Source of the DNA: Elusimicrobiota bacterium | GTDB taxonomy: Bacteria; Elusimicrobiota; Endomicrobiia; Endomicrobiales; JBDRNC01 | DNA: 64,000 nucleotides | Assembly (NCBI GenBank): GCA_043811535.1 | Contig: JBDRNC010000021.1 | Span: 77,668 to 141,667 of the forward strand | Direction: 5' to 3' | Shown here: positions 15,001-20,890 of the stretch, piece after piece | Position numbering within the stretch: the first letter of the stretch is position 1 | Layout: each line of letters begins with the position of its first letter | Notes under the pieces: model-generated | The model's input: the letters and a program-made list of their open reading frames with translations, nothing else | Database searches by the model: none | What the model was told of the DNA's origin: nothing | Translations under genes and position numbers: made by a program

Positions 15001-15372
15001 ACAACGGTAGTCGACCTTAAGGAAGGCGACAACCTTAACATAAACTTCAATTATGATCTGCTGCAGCCGAATAACGTTTACGCATATCCCAACCCGGCCG
15101 CGGACGTGGGCGTCGTATCACTGCACTTTGAAACTTCCGGCGACGACGTGGACGCCCAGATTAGCATCTATACGATATCGGGCGAACTTGTGAAATCCGC
15201 GGACCAGAGCAATTGCGTTATCATAGATAACATCTATGAATACAAGTGGGACCTTACGAATAATGAGAACAGTAAAGTCGCTTCAGCGGTTTACATATTT
15301 AACGTGAAGGTGCGGAACAAGACTACCGGCGAAACAGCCAGCGTGACAAAGAAATTCGCAGTAATAAGATAG
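1..15372 (+). CDS. Giant (>5,100 aa, 5'-truncated by window) secreted/surface protein: FG-GAP/VCBS repeats, multiple FN3-like modules, three Trp-rich BNR-like beta-propellers, SBBP-like propeller, beta-helix-like passenger region, Ig-like and carboxypeptidase-regulatory-like domains, C-terminal FlgD-Ig/T9SS type A-like sorting domain
   Basis: The frame of ORF 190..15372 is open from base 1 (DGGVAFGDYDNDGDLDLVVTG), so the start lies upstream. Contains repeated DxDxDGDLD motifs and repeated P(A)xVTNL...WxxPGDDGW FN3 modules. C-terminus is YAYPNP...IYTISGELV...WDLTN...VASAVYIF...KKFAVIR*. Confidence 0.9.
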   Translation, partial: DGGVAFGDYDNDGDLDLVVTGSGGFEVYKNNNGSFVVGQDLGGLTGGDAAWGDFDNDGDLDLAVCGNDGNRRFSIYRYDGGLFYLHADPAGPTTGPVGSVAWADYDNDGDLDVAVNGFDGTAQRFRIYRNDSGAFNLADEPMGPVGPGYGAIAFADFDGDGDLDVAVNGQIAANLRRFIIYKSLETENSNVNNPPVEPPAASMSAGYNAGRIEFTWSYGSDTETTESKGLYYSVRIATSQIIEGLDKWIVSPSTGAGASPFLGDYPHGFIVANSTQPGLILKPPVDDATYYWQVRTVDTGLKSSVWSATSSYYYINSEPPAAVTNLKAFAGGIEGTVKLEWSMPGDDEWTDALPSGSKFKVQYSTSSNGFPPNPWNFNAAQVAVSTSGVQPTTLVNYTITGLTGGGTYYFKIWHADEIPNWSELSNTATGYAKDNAGVIVSTGSVDFGNGNGINGRNIVRTSNGDLYHAYIRKYATKPRIFVSRSIDNGLTWSDATVTPIDYQGGSGGTNITESALAVDSKDVLHLAYCSSDNGTPANEGVFYSSASAPPGTSWTTAVKMPGSYPYNGYEHGPNIAVASDNSLHMVWYGEDGAGNTNDVIRYSSKTADSNSWNNYQLLPGGGLVGIFQPKLAIDNRNGLHVVMTRENAAGTQLHYRIAYTSKTLTDSAWVPLYDIVDFTGSGRFQGTPAIVVDSTTIHVVWTGQDDENTVNYQIKYSSKSITGSSWSDWVNIQTISEAPQYEPAITADAGGQIYVVWSGSDSANNIMNIKGSKYSAGAWGSWTNISNGGGNQTRPTLRWSGWFNNEGNLNLGWVSKVGSDYQIRSYTDYTVNMSTGFLADKIGPAIVTNLTAQAGTVEGRIQLTWSMPGDDGWSGALPPGSNFSIQYSSSSDGNPPSPWSFSMPQISMSTSGVQPGTLVNYAITGLTGGSTYYFKIWVNDANANWQGGLSNTATGWAMDNAGVIVSTGEMVFTGDRPIVRASNGDMYVAYTKTVSGYEHVFVAKSFDDGKTWSDTNGGISIENTGSYGQSSPSLAIDSKDVIHCAWSGYDGSYVANSQVKYCNSGNGGTSWSGWINLSDYISYGQGAPSLVIDSKDELHCLWDGGDPSYANSQIKYSSSTTGASWSIPANIQVLSGRTQVNASAAVDAKNNIHVFWEGFDDTYTANKQIKYSIRLSTSASWSTWVNIAVDVGGQEMFPSSVIDSSQVAHCVWQDYTSGVNQVKYSSSTIGSGVWTTAQNVQYIATIHQYNPTITVDSADELYCLWLGSDTASSIRQIKGSKNLGAGWTSWANISNGCYDQIGPAARWSGWKLNEGYLNFVWVSPGPVDSDHGSIRFYTDYSVNMSTGFIADKTGPAIVTNLTASGGYKENSIMLTWSAPGDDGWAGALQPGSNFSIQYSSSSDGNPPSPWSFAVPQIMMSTSGVQPGTLVNHVITGLTGGNTYYFKIWVNDEESNWQGGLSNTATGYAQTNAGVIVSTETSSVGMVGFGRKIVRDNSGNMYFAYTRTISSFERVYVAKSVDEGATWTNTNGGQPIESVGPGNYSQSYPSLAIDSNNILHCIWGGRDSVNSFDQIKYSSSTNAGSTWGAWQNIQVITGYTQYMASLFVDSHNGLHCVWTGMDNVNTAKYQIKYSSRATGGSWSDWVNVGVVAGYDQSDASLVVDSHNNLHCVWDGWDSVNTANWQVKYSSRSADGSTWSDWSNITAIAGFSQWKPSLAIDSQDILHCVWNGTDAGNAQYQIKYSSVSAGESQWSSWTNIQTISGRNQYNPSIAVDANDNLHCVWNGYDSANTNIFQIKYSSRSSTGWSQWANLSRGLVDQQNASLRWSNYFNNTGKLGIGWVDYNGTTRKVRYLQDNNTDMRTGADATPPDPVNTLAAITGQFKGMVNLSWTSPGDDGITGILQPGSRFSVQYSTSPAGTPPGSWDHSFAQVVVSTSGNPVMPASRIVTGLTNGSTYYFKIWYGDETPNWSGLSNTATSWAQVDNVGPAIVTTLSAEQGDWVGSVRLVWEAPGDDGWAGTLVSGSEFIIEYSTSPNNWGNPAQVIVSTSGIDPHSICSERVGGLDPGVTYYFCIDVKDEIGIYSGLSSTITAWAAVPAEGMDSLTQYNGGADGWMSRFSGGSFGDDVYNSVTTDPSGNVIAAGYTGIGANQDILVKKFNSSGTVLWTRYYNSAANGYDAANGVAADPSGNIIVAGYTQRTDLAEGYNIWVRKYDSNGTVLWTDTYNSPADDYDSAQSVSVDVGDIIYVVGSIKRSDISEDDNIWLRKYNPNGNIVWTSTYASVGNYSDIGKSVYVKGGNVYVAGEVYNIATGYDIFAARFNDANGLLQMATTFTGAGSFADYGNGITADSLGNFFVAGSYYDSVNSKQVGWVSEFNSAGVLVATKTYAGGANTNSAQSVALDGNGALYFTGYEEVSDPDYRIWTMKLGVNGLTNWTTYYQSISDMNSGNSVTVVSSSIVYVAGTTYISGENKNTWLRKYIQHYPNAVPGGYCSSTQTATSIRWDWADNATNEAGYRVKLSSPVYDPINLSHSGDLAIDATYWMQTGLIPNTSYTTYVEAFTFWGSTPSFAASTCTAANPPLNSRVVSRSSDTITIQWDANNNPGYTRWGVWYSTDNFVGSLQPLFIFGNNFTGYSTTHDTLMLETTYWYRVAAYNENSLMTDYDTYFATQTIDNIPPPIINVTANTGAGEGQVALNWLTGSDNGFSDPLPPGSQYRIQYSTDSVYPWNLNTAQIVISTYGITPATPVYYTVKGLKGGDTYYFKLWTADEIPNWTGLSQTATAYAGGDILVHVWNGGGLSQQASDEDNWVNSSAPDPGDRVEFVVAYSVKNCNWDLPIAISTMFVQAAYSQAVTITSFVYVSNYLDFEGDNTFMVIASSIALGGDLYITKSNLFDVRTSTVYFTGTSPAGFKTINTMALYGPATFWTLIFNTPETVYANNKEFKIFGNIDFVDGTFDTSGSTVNFCGNLTRTGGNQVQATSGIWIIDGGANQSMDPNNSHFWNLEIDKVSQSTVTFAGLACIDNDISIKNGVLAWGSQNVELAGNLNVYSPAQLQGGNGTLRPVGSKNTIIDMPSYVKIKCPVYIDKDASGYTVSIASPSLEIVGSLDVFIGHLDITNKALKVRGIVRSGSGIMSVAGSTVIVTGDNYSLTGTTLPFNVLIIDNPGASTGLSFNGGITNVWDYFTITPNSYAKIVSGASLIVEHDIDVNGKFEVTQGTVGTHGNIAVDKDGSIDMTNLSQGILTAEKTLKLKEGSILKTGSMSDVICSTSTDTYFGFEVAGGSIDISGLSIFNLNASGLVISSYSYVLNLSSVNFNDCEPYGKALNFQLAGTGEYSFTNIDFDSSVSTNIYVPDLVYPGYVKMLDSKGVKAGYQYEVDPNNVVFWSTAIPPVSFAGVTPTTYSITWDWTSLVPDSLFYRVFASTGGMQSPVMTAVSAWTEEGLMPNTSYQRYVDVYNPIQVSSQSPSAFKWTLTNKPLGTYIAGRSSYSITLDWQINNNPPLETQYLINYSTDGAFVQCSTASYYAPNNAITGLDPYTTYYIQIRASNKEGALTSYDTMVTTATHPPYIAPISTVTYPVSGNAYNSLPTIFGTAFVVAPATVAVVYIELYNVNDDLYYDGGAFNDNTPEWLPATGKGEWTYAVPALTSEKLYRIRTYAKDDYNRDETPGPGWFITFDTNTPVSYIQKPVNNSVFSALALVSGTADDVETSIQNVEIRLYSQTNNNYYDGTQWVVDPSTWLATDFAAPTWDYTLPALTSGYYMLNARALDKANNYEPVFTTSTFYMLGHAVRLLVTAPGQTLAQGSVPGKIGTPTSRVAGVPFDVTVYGVDTNYYVDTTTNSQVTIVTSDDPYNNEPVPLDLVGGTRTFAVTLLKATTSSWVTALSQDLISDTTGCIVNSNNPAKLQLLLPGQAMDPGSSSGSGKSGDADVTLAGASFEATVNLTDNYWNLSTAASPVVGLVASDIYAVISDSQTLVNGTTVFSLTLVTASTPSYTTITAGDNAAAYATNASTITVIPNTGTKLLVVLPGESFAPGVPPYTESSVGGKSGSPSNLPILTPFYVTVRATDDWWNIQPSSNPNVVILTSDPNDADGGSAPLLDGENQYPLTFATEGAWQVNASGVDFVALSCTSSFVNALDATPPCAVSNLTAILGPAHGTVRLMWTAPGDNGSSGNISGGQIWIRYSDGGQVTDFGSPLATWGERLVSTDTTVNTVQSIIVTGLTPWTTYYFAIKVSDGLNFGSWSTSGVNTANYALAKDTALPTITNLQSGDYNWRSVDQGNIYNVDFEDLDSGLGEIEYAAYTGLNLTGSQRIGWTQIAPVAGDASYTDPWGVIFSQLVEYTTNYISVRAYDLAGNVATSYDVFKIFVDTTLPTTPTLVNPADGNGIGSSYSFTWSICSDALSGMYEYQIQLSGNDIFSAVIVDTTSNTNSKTINGMSDGQLWWRVRARDIADNYGAWSSSKTFTVAGTPPAMPTGFDGVALSSTVIDWSWTDNATNESSYKLYFATSPGTGFTSISANATYYLENKLTANTSSYRYVSAFNSNGDSSPSGFVRRFTLANAPVSLASVSVGYSSASFIWQENGNSSVTRYEMQWTTDQTWAIVTGTGTPSQGSTAVISPLAAETTYYTRVRALNNDDKYSDYEIYYSTVVTPVGPPNAPTDFDGVAQSTYSIYWFWTDNNTKEDGYRIYSSTAGLLYQLGVGASYYLETTLTPNAGTIRYVKAYNASGESTASSSATKYTYPLPPVNIASSAQTPTTITLTWEAGSGGAARYYIERSINGTAYEPIVAWATNVSVLTYQDLNLIQNTSYYYRLGAYNTDQLLSAKSDAFAVKTQDAPKEIISGKVTQANGTPITGVEIKASKSGSSITYTVYTSTGGEYRIELEAAIAAGTYKLQASWTANGIVSSVYKDGIANGTANVDFTLETDYVLATVTGQVTIARGPQAIRKMASLGMGSSPAFVELIQNGKVILRLGTDKNGKYSIPNLLPGRYSVRAFNGLVYSQTTVVDLKEGDNLNINFNYDLLQPNNVYAYPNPAADVGVVSLHFETSGDDVDAQISIYTISGELVKSADQSNCVIIDNIYEYKWDLTNNENSKVASAVYIFNVKVRNKTTGETASVTKKFAVIR

Positions 15373-15538
15373 ACGGAAGACCGAAGATGGAAGAAGGAAG
15401 GGAGCGATAAAAGTGGAGAAATACTCCGGAATCACATTATCTATGTTGAAAAAAATGATGGATTACTTGCGCACACGCCTGCCCTCCATTGTTGTCGGCC
15501 TGTTTGTTGCTTCCGTCTTCATTCTTCCGTCTTCGTTC
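15372..15538. repeat. Inverted array of 7-nt units (GACGGAA/TTCCGTC family) spanning a start codon; also 23399-23517 and 54861-55001
   Basis: GACGGAA GACCGAA GATGGAA GAAGGAA (15372-15399) and TTCCGTC TTCATTC TTCCGTC TTCGTTC (15511-15538). Confidence 0.8.
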
Positions 15539-16993
15539 TTATTTGCTATCGAGTTGCGTTCCGTAAAAATACTCGATTCGCTCCGCACAGCCCGCGACAA
15601 GTATTCTTCGTCGGAAAGAGTCACGTTCAGCGCCGAGGTATATTCGGCTTCCGCGGGCGAAAGGATAAATTTTTCGTTCGTGGTCTTTAATCCGCTGAAC
15701 ACGCAGGTATTCACGCATACCGGGAACTCAATTCCCGGCACGGCAGGCGCAGGCGGCAGCGAGCTCGCCAACGTCCCTATCAGCCAGTTCTATTCGGGGT
15801 TCGGCAATTACGCGCTTGAAGTGACCGCGACCCCGATCGGCGGGTCGGCTGTAAAGCAAAGGATAGCTTTTACAGTATATTCCCCGATAATAATCCTTTC
15901 GTACCCCGGCAACGGCGCGAAAGACCTCATAGACCAGCCGCTTACGTTCAGGTGGATAGGTTCCGGGGCTTCAAAATACAAGCTGTATGTTGACGACGAC
16001 CAGGCCTTCTATAACACGATGTTTACCTTCGAGACAATGGACACTTTCTGCTCATATCCGCAGAATCCTTCGGATACGAGGCAGAAGCTTGTCAGCGGCC
16101 AGGTTTACTACTGGAAGGTGGATGGGCTTGACGCCGTGGGCAATAAAGTGGCTTCTTCGCAGGTTCCGTTCTCGTTTTCGCTGAAAACCGATGTCGGTTC
16201 CACGACGAGCGATGTGGCTGTGACGGCGGTCGCGCTCGGCGGCGAGATTACGCCCGCCCAGATTCCAATTGACGTGACGCTCAAAAATCAGGGGGGCAGG
16301 GCCGAGTCCAACATAACCGTTACGCTCTACATCTCGGGCATGGTATTCGGAACATATAAGGTGCCATTCCTCAACGTCGGCGAAACAAAAGTAATAAACT
16401 TCAAGGTTGAACCGGCAAGCCTTGTTCCGGGGCAGCCACTTTTCGTGAGCGCGACGCACGATCTTTTCGACTCTAATTTCCAGAATAATATATTTACGAC
16501 GGTGATCAGGCTTAACCAGAATATTTTCAAGGACAGGCTCGCGAAAATCCTGGGCAGAATCACCATGGAAGGGGAAGGAAAAGGGGAAGGCAAGGGAATA
16601 GAAAGCGCCAAGATTTCCTATGAAGGCCCGAAAGCGGGAGAGGTTCTGAGCGGCGACGGCGGACAGTACAAGATAGAAGGACTGCCGACGGGGATATACC
16701 AGTTGAAAGTGACGCACGCGGATTACAAGGAAGAAAAAAGGGAGATTTCCATCGAGGAAGCGAAACCGTACACCAACGTGGATTTCAAACTTGTCAGAAA
16801 AGAGTCAAAGCAATTCACGCTCGACGAGATATGGGGCGTGATATCGGAAAAACTTTCAAGCGATATCCTCAAGGAGCTCAACGGTTACCAGATTTCCGAG
16901 ATCAAGGGCGCCGGCGAGAAGGATGTGTTCGCTCTCGTCGATCAATTGAAGAACGGCAAGGCTAAGATTACTGAAGCGAATATAGAGTACTAA
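15413..16993 (+). CDS. Secreted protein with Ig/FN3-like, CARDB-like and carboxypeptidase-regulatory-like domains
   Basis: 526-aa ORF with a signal-peptide-like segment ending FLFA. Motifs DVAVTAV...VTLKNQG (CARDB-like) and GQYKIEGLPTGIYQLKVTHADY. Start uncertain (GTG 15413 or a later ATG). Confidence 0.75.
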   Translation: MEKYSGITLSMLKKMMDYLRTRLPSIVVGLFVASVFILPSSFLFAIELRSVKILDSLRTARDKYSSSERVTFSAEVYSASAGERINFSFVVFNPLNTQVFTHTGNSIPGTAGAGGSELANVPISQFYSGFGNYALEVTATPIGGSAVKQRIAFTVYSPIIILSYPGNGAKDLIDQPLTFRWIGSGASKYKLYVDDDQAFYNTMFTFETMDTFCSYPQNPSDTRQKLVSGQVYYWKVDGLDAVGNKVASSQVPFSFSLKTDVGSTTSDVAVTAVALGGEITPAQIPIDVTLKNQGGRAESNITVTLYISGMVFGTYKVPFLNVGETKVINFKVEPASLVPGQPLFVSATHDLFDSNFQNNIFTTVIRLNQNIFKDRLAKILGRITMEGEGKGEGKGIESAKISYEGPKAGEVLSGDGGQYKIEGLPTGIYQLKVTHADYKEEKREISIEEAKPYTNVDFKLVRKESKQFTLDEIWGVISEKLSSDILKELNGYQISEIKGAGEKDVFALVDQLKNGKAKITEANIEY

Positions 16994-17073
16994 ATACAGT
17001 TACAATGTTTCATTGTTTCAATGTTTCAGAAATTATGAAACATTGAAACAATATTAAGAACAAAGGTAAAATA

Positions 17074-18075
17074 ATGAGAAAACAGTTTCTACTGCCACTA
17101 CTGCTCATAGGTTTTATGTGCGCGCCGGTATTTGCGGCGAAAAAGGATGTATCCGGCGTCGTGTCGAATGTCATTGGCACCGCGCAGATCCAGCGCGGAA
17201 GCGCGGGAGCATGGGCCAACGCGAAGATAGGCGACTTTGTTTACGACGGAGATTCCGTAAAAACCCTGCCGCGTTCGCGGGCCCTTATTAGTTTTTCAAA
17301 CGGAGTTGAGGCAAGGCTGCACGCCAATACATTATTCAGCGTTGTGCCGAAAGGCGCGGGGAAAAAGGCGGAAGGCAGTACCATTAAGATGAATATAGGC
17401 AGGCTATGGGCAAAAGTTCTCAGGCAGAAAACAAAATTTGACATAAAAACACCCGTTGCCACGATATCGGTGCGCGGAACGGAGTATGAAACAGGCGTCG
17501 GAGAAAAGGGCAACACGACGGTCAAGGTTTTCGACGGTGAAGTTGAGGTCGGGAACGAATACGGCAATAAAAAGTTGAAAAAAGGCCAGATGAATTCCAC
17601 CAATCCGGGCAATCCTCCGGGTGACGCGAAGGATATGGGTGAAGGCGACAAGGATAACTGGCAGGATGAAGTAAAATCCGCGGGTTCGGTGAAGATAGAG
17701 CTGAAAAAACAGGAAGCGATGGTAAATGAAGTTGTTGAAGGCAAGGTGTCCGTCTATGATTCTCAGGGAAAACTGAAAACAGACTTTAGCAAAGAAATTA
17801 AGATAAGCTGTGACAGCGCTGATGTGACGTTTTCAAAGTCCGGCGAAGAGAAGTGGGCCGCGAGCCTCAGCGTCGCGCCCGACAAGGGAGAGGTAAGTTT
17901 CAAGGTCAAGACAACAGCGGGCGGAACAAAAAACATATCCGCTTCGGGAGAGGGCCTTGGAGCCGGAATGGCATCGCTATCCGTTAAACTTCCCGAGAAA
18001 AAGACGCTGAAAATTAAAATAATGGACGCGGAAGGCAAGCAGAAAGAGCTTCAACTTAAGTTTGTGCCGAAATGA
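17074..18075 (+). CDS. Exported FecR-domain protein with C-terminal Ig-like domain
   Basis: Signal peptide ending VFA; FecR motifs GDSVKT, KTPVATISVRGTEY, VKVFDGEVEV. Confidence 0.8.
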   Translation: MRKQFLLPLLLIGFMCAPVFAAKKDVSGVVSNVIGTAQIQRGSAGAWANAKIGDFVYDGDSVKTLPRSRALISFSNGVEARLHANTLFSVVPKGAGKKAEGSTIKMNIGRLWAKVLRQKTKFDIKTPVATISVRGTEYETGVGEKGNTTVKVFDGEVEVGNEYGNKKLKKGQMNSTNPGNPPGDAKDMGEGDKDNWQDEVKSAGSVKIELKKQEAMVNEVVEGKVSVYDSQGKLKTDFSKEIKISCDSADVTFSKSGEEKWAASLSVAPDKGEVSFKVKTTAGGTKNISASGEGLGAGMASLSVKLPEKKTLKIKIMDAEGKQKELQLKFVPK

Positions 18076-18261
18076 GCGGAACGTGAAATGCGCAAATTTG
18101 TTGATTTTTGTATCTTTATCGGTTTGCCCTGAGGGGTTTTTTTATTTTCTGCCCTTAAGAACTTCCGTTTCCGCCTTAATCCTGATTTCGTCCTGAAATG
18201 TGCTGCTAAAATACAGTATTTTCCGCAAAAATCCCGCATAACTTAATTATTATAAAAAGCC

Positions 18262-18290
18262 TTGAAAATCGTATTGAAAAGTATTATAAT
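18262..18290 (+). promoter_or_regulatory. Sigma70-type promoter upstream of the motor cassette
   Basis: TTGAAA (18262-18267), 17 nt, TATAAT (18285-18290) in the AT-rich 410-bp intergenic region. Confidence 0.6.
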
Positions 18291-18488
18291 TTTTATAGAT
18301 CATTCTCAATGCAGTTCTTACCGCAGCGCTTGCAGAAGACAATCTGTACAAAATAACGCCTTTGGAGTGAAAAATGAATCCTGTTAGACCAATAATTATA
18401 TTGATAAACAATACATTTTTGGTTAATAGGATTATTAATAAGTCTTGAAGACCAGTATTTTCTAGAAAATATCGGAGGTCTAAACAGG

Positions 18489-19931
18489 ATGAACTCATTT
18501 TCAATGCGTTTCAGTATGGTTGCTGCACTCGCAGTCCTCTCGTTGATGCTGGCAGTCCCGCTCAATGCTGCAGAAAAAATGAAGGGCGGTATCGAAGCAA
18601 AAATCGCCCTCGAAACAAACCTTGAAAACCGCGTAAAGAAAGTCCTCACAGAGATCACAGGTACCGACCAGCTTATCGTAATCGTAAATGTCCAGCTTGT
18701 CTCCGAGCAAATCGAAGAAAAGAAAACAAAACAAGCGGAGGATAATTTTATCCTTCCGGGCGTCCCCATCAAAGAAGCGATTTCAGAAAAGCAAGTAGCC
18801 GATTCGATCAGCGCCGCTCTCGGCGACGACACGCGCACGCTTGTAAAGAAAATGGTCGCGACGATCATCATTGACAAGGGAGTGTCTTCGTCGGTGGAAA
18901 AGGTCGTTAGGGATGTCGCGGGCGGCATACTGGCGATAGACCCGCAGCGCGGCGACCAGCTGATAATACAGAAAATGTCTTTTCAGAGGAATCCTTTTTA
19001 TTGGGGAATGCTGTTTTATCCTCCAAACATATACTGGGTCTTTTTTGTCATAACTGCCGTAATATTAAGTTTGGGGCTTATGCTGTTCATGTTCGGGCCT
19101 TTAAAGATATTCGCGAAAGATTTTGTGTCCGGCGTGATGGCGACGGCGGCGGCCCTGAAAGAGAGCGGGAAAGGCGAGGGCGAAGAATCCTTTTTCAAGG
19201 GCGGAGCGGGTCCGGAGATGCCCATAATGACCGGCTCCGAGACAAGGGAGTCCCAGAAGAGCTCATTCGTAGGGCGGGAAGCGCCGTTTTCATTCATAAG
19301 CGAAGGGAATCTTAAGGCCCTGATATTTCTCATCAAGGGCGAGACGGCAGACACGATAGCGTCAGTTGTAAATTACCTGCCGCCGGACATGGCGGTGCAG
19401 GTGTTAAGGGAACTGCCAGCGGAAAAACAGAACCAGATAGGCCTGTTTCTTTCAAAAGTGAAGGAACTTGAACCTTCAGAGATTGACAGGCTGGAAGCGA
19501 AGATAAAGAGCCGCATAGGTTTCCTTTCTGGCGGTCAGGAAAAGATCACCCAGCTCCTGGATTATACCGATGAAAGTTTCAAGGAAAGATTCATCGCGTC
19601 ACTCAAGACTTCGGACGCGCAGCTGGCAGCCCAAATACAGAAGTCCATGATAAACCTGGACACTATAGCGGACCTTGACGTGTCAGTCCTGCAGACAATT
19701 ATCAAGACTTTGACGCCTACCGTTTTCGCGCAGATATTAAGGTCATTCCAGGCGCCCGCGCAGGAAAAACTGCTTGCCGCGCTGCCTTCCGGAGCCGCGG
19801 CGAGATTGAAGCAGGAAATAGACATGGCAAAGCCTTTTACGGAACAGCGTCTTGCCACGGAAAAACGGCGCCTTGTCAATTTAATCCGCAGGATGGAAGA
19901 AAGAGGATTGCTTACAAAGGCAAATGGCTAA
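18489..19931 (+). CDS. fliG: FliF-ring-like / transmembrane / FliG middle+C-terminal fusion protein (rotor-like)
   Basis: Signal peptide, then a FliF RBM3-like region (LETNLENRVKKVL...IVIVNVQL; LPGVP; VKKMVATIIID; AIDPQRGDQLIIQKMSF), then a TM helix. The FliG-like region has LIKGETADTIASVVNYLPPDMAVQVLRELP, the GG hinge (LSGGQEKITQLL) and LVNLIRRMEERGLL. Confidence 0.75.
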   Translation: MNSFSMRFSMVAALAVLSLMLAVPLNAAEKMKGGIEAKIALETNLENRVKKVLTEITGTDQLIVIVNVQLVSEQIEEKKTKQAEDNFILPGVPIKEAISEKQVADSISAALGDDTRTLVKKMVATIIIDKGVSSSVEKVVRDVAGGILAIDPQRGDQLIIQKMSFQRNPFYWGMLFYPPNIYWVFFVITAVILSLGLMLFMFGPLKIFAKDFVSGVMATAAALKESGKGEGEESFFKGGAGPEMPIMTGSETRESQKSSFVGREAPFSFISEGNLKALIFLIKGETADTIASVVNYLPPDMAVQVLRELPAEKQNQIGLFLSKVKELEPSEIDRLEAKIKSRIGFLSGGQEKITQLLDYTDESFKERFIASLKTSDAQLAAQIQKSMINLDTIADLDVSVLQTIIKTLTPTVFAQILRSFQAPAQEKLLAALPSGAAARLKQEIDMAKPFTEQRLATEKRRLVNLIRRMEERGLLTKANG

Positions 19932-19994
19932 ATTGCTAAATTGCCAAATGGCTAACGTCTTTAACCGTTTAGCCATCCAACCATATAACCATTT
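19922..19994. repeat. Inverted array of 8-nt units (AAATGGCT/AAATTGCT family); also 48633-48753, 56016-56088, 59454-59527
   Basis: AAATGGCT AAATTGCT AAATTGCC AAATGGCT ... AACCGTTT AGCCATCC AACCATAT AACCATTT. Confidence 0.8.
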
Positions 19995-20011
19995 AATTTA
20001 AGGAGTTATTC

Positions 20012-20803
20012 ATGGATCTAATGACTATTTTCGGGTACTTGATCGGCGGAGGCGCCATCTTTTTTGTGCTCTGGTACGGCAACGCGCTTAATATGATATT
20101 CAATCCGGAAGCGCTTATTCTTGTTTTCGGCGGCACTATCGGCTGCGCGATGATCACGTATCCGTGGAAAATAATAAAGGTTGTTCCGAGGGCGGTGTCG
20201 ATGATGTTTTTCCCGCCTAAAAGGGAAACGCCCGACAAGGCGATAAGGATCATGGTGGAGTTGGCGGAAAAAGCGAAGCGCGAGGGGATAGAAAAACTGC
20301 AGGGCGACCTCGAGAATTCTCCGATACCTTTCCTGCGGGACGCGATGCAGATGGTCATCGACGGGCTTGAACCCGAGACTATCCATGAAAAACTTGAGAA
20401 AGAGCTTGCGATAGTACGCCGCAGGCATTACCAGGTAGCAAGCCTTTTCCGTTCAATGGGCGGTTACGCCCCGATATTCGGCCTGCTCGGAACACTGCTT
20501 GGAGTCGTCCAGGTCCTGAGGAATCTGACCGACGCGCAGAGCATGGGCGCGTCCATGAGTATCGCCGTCACGGCGACATTTTACGGGATATTCGGCGCGA
20601 ATTTCATGTTCATGCCGATAGCCGGTAAACTTACCATTTACAGCGAAGACGAACTCATCCTGAAGGAGCTTCTTGCCCGCGGGGTGCTGTCCATACAAAA
20701 AGGCGAAGTGCCTCTTATCGTAGAAAGAAAGCTTGAGGCCTTCCTTGCCTATAAGCTCAGAACGACTGTGAAACCCGGAGTAGCCAAATCTAAAAAAAGT
20801 TGA
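20012..20803 (+). CDS. motA: MotA/PomA-family stator subunit
   Basis: MDLMTIFG N-terminus, ALILVFGGTIG, AEKAKREG, FLRDAMQMVIDG, GGYAPIFGLLGTLLG, ATFYGIFGAN..PIAGKL; RBS AAGGAG. Confidence 0.92.
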   Translation: MDLMTIFGYLIGGGAIFFVLWYGNALNMIFNPEALILVFGGTIGCAMITYPWKIIKVVPRAVSMMFFPPKRETPDKAIRIMVELAEKAKREGIEKLQGDLENSPIPFLRDAMQMVIDGLEPETIHEKLEKELAIVRRRHYQVASLFRSMGGYAPIFGLLGTLLGVVQVLRNLTDAQSMGASMSIAVTATFYGIFGANFMFMPIAGKLTIYSEDELILKELLARGVLSIQKGEVPLIVERKLEAFLAYKLRTTVKPGVAKSKKS

Positions 20804-20875
20804 CAGATGACAGATGACGGTTGACGGAAAGATAAAGAATCTTCAGACCGTCAACTGTCAACTGTGGGCCGTCAA
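20800..20875. repeat. Inverted array of 7-nt units (TTGACAG family); also 21576-21660, 46214-46280 and inside queC/queE
   Basis: TTGACAG ATGACAG ATGACGG TTGACGG ... CCGTCAA CTGTCAA CTGTGGG CCGTCAA. Confidence 0.8.
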
Positions 20876-20890
20876 CGGAGTTAAAATCCT

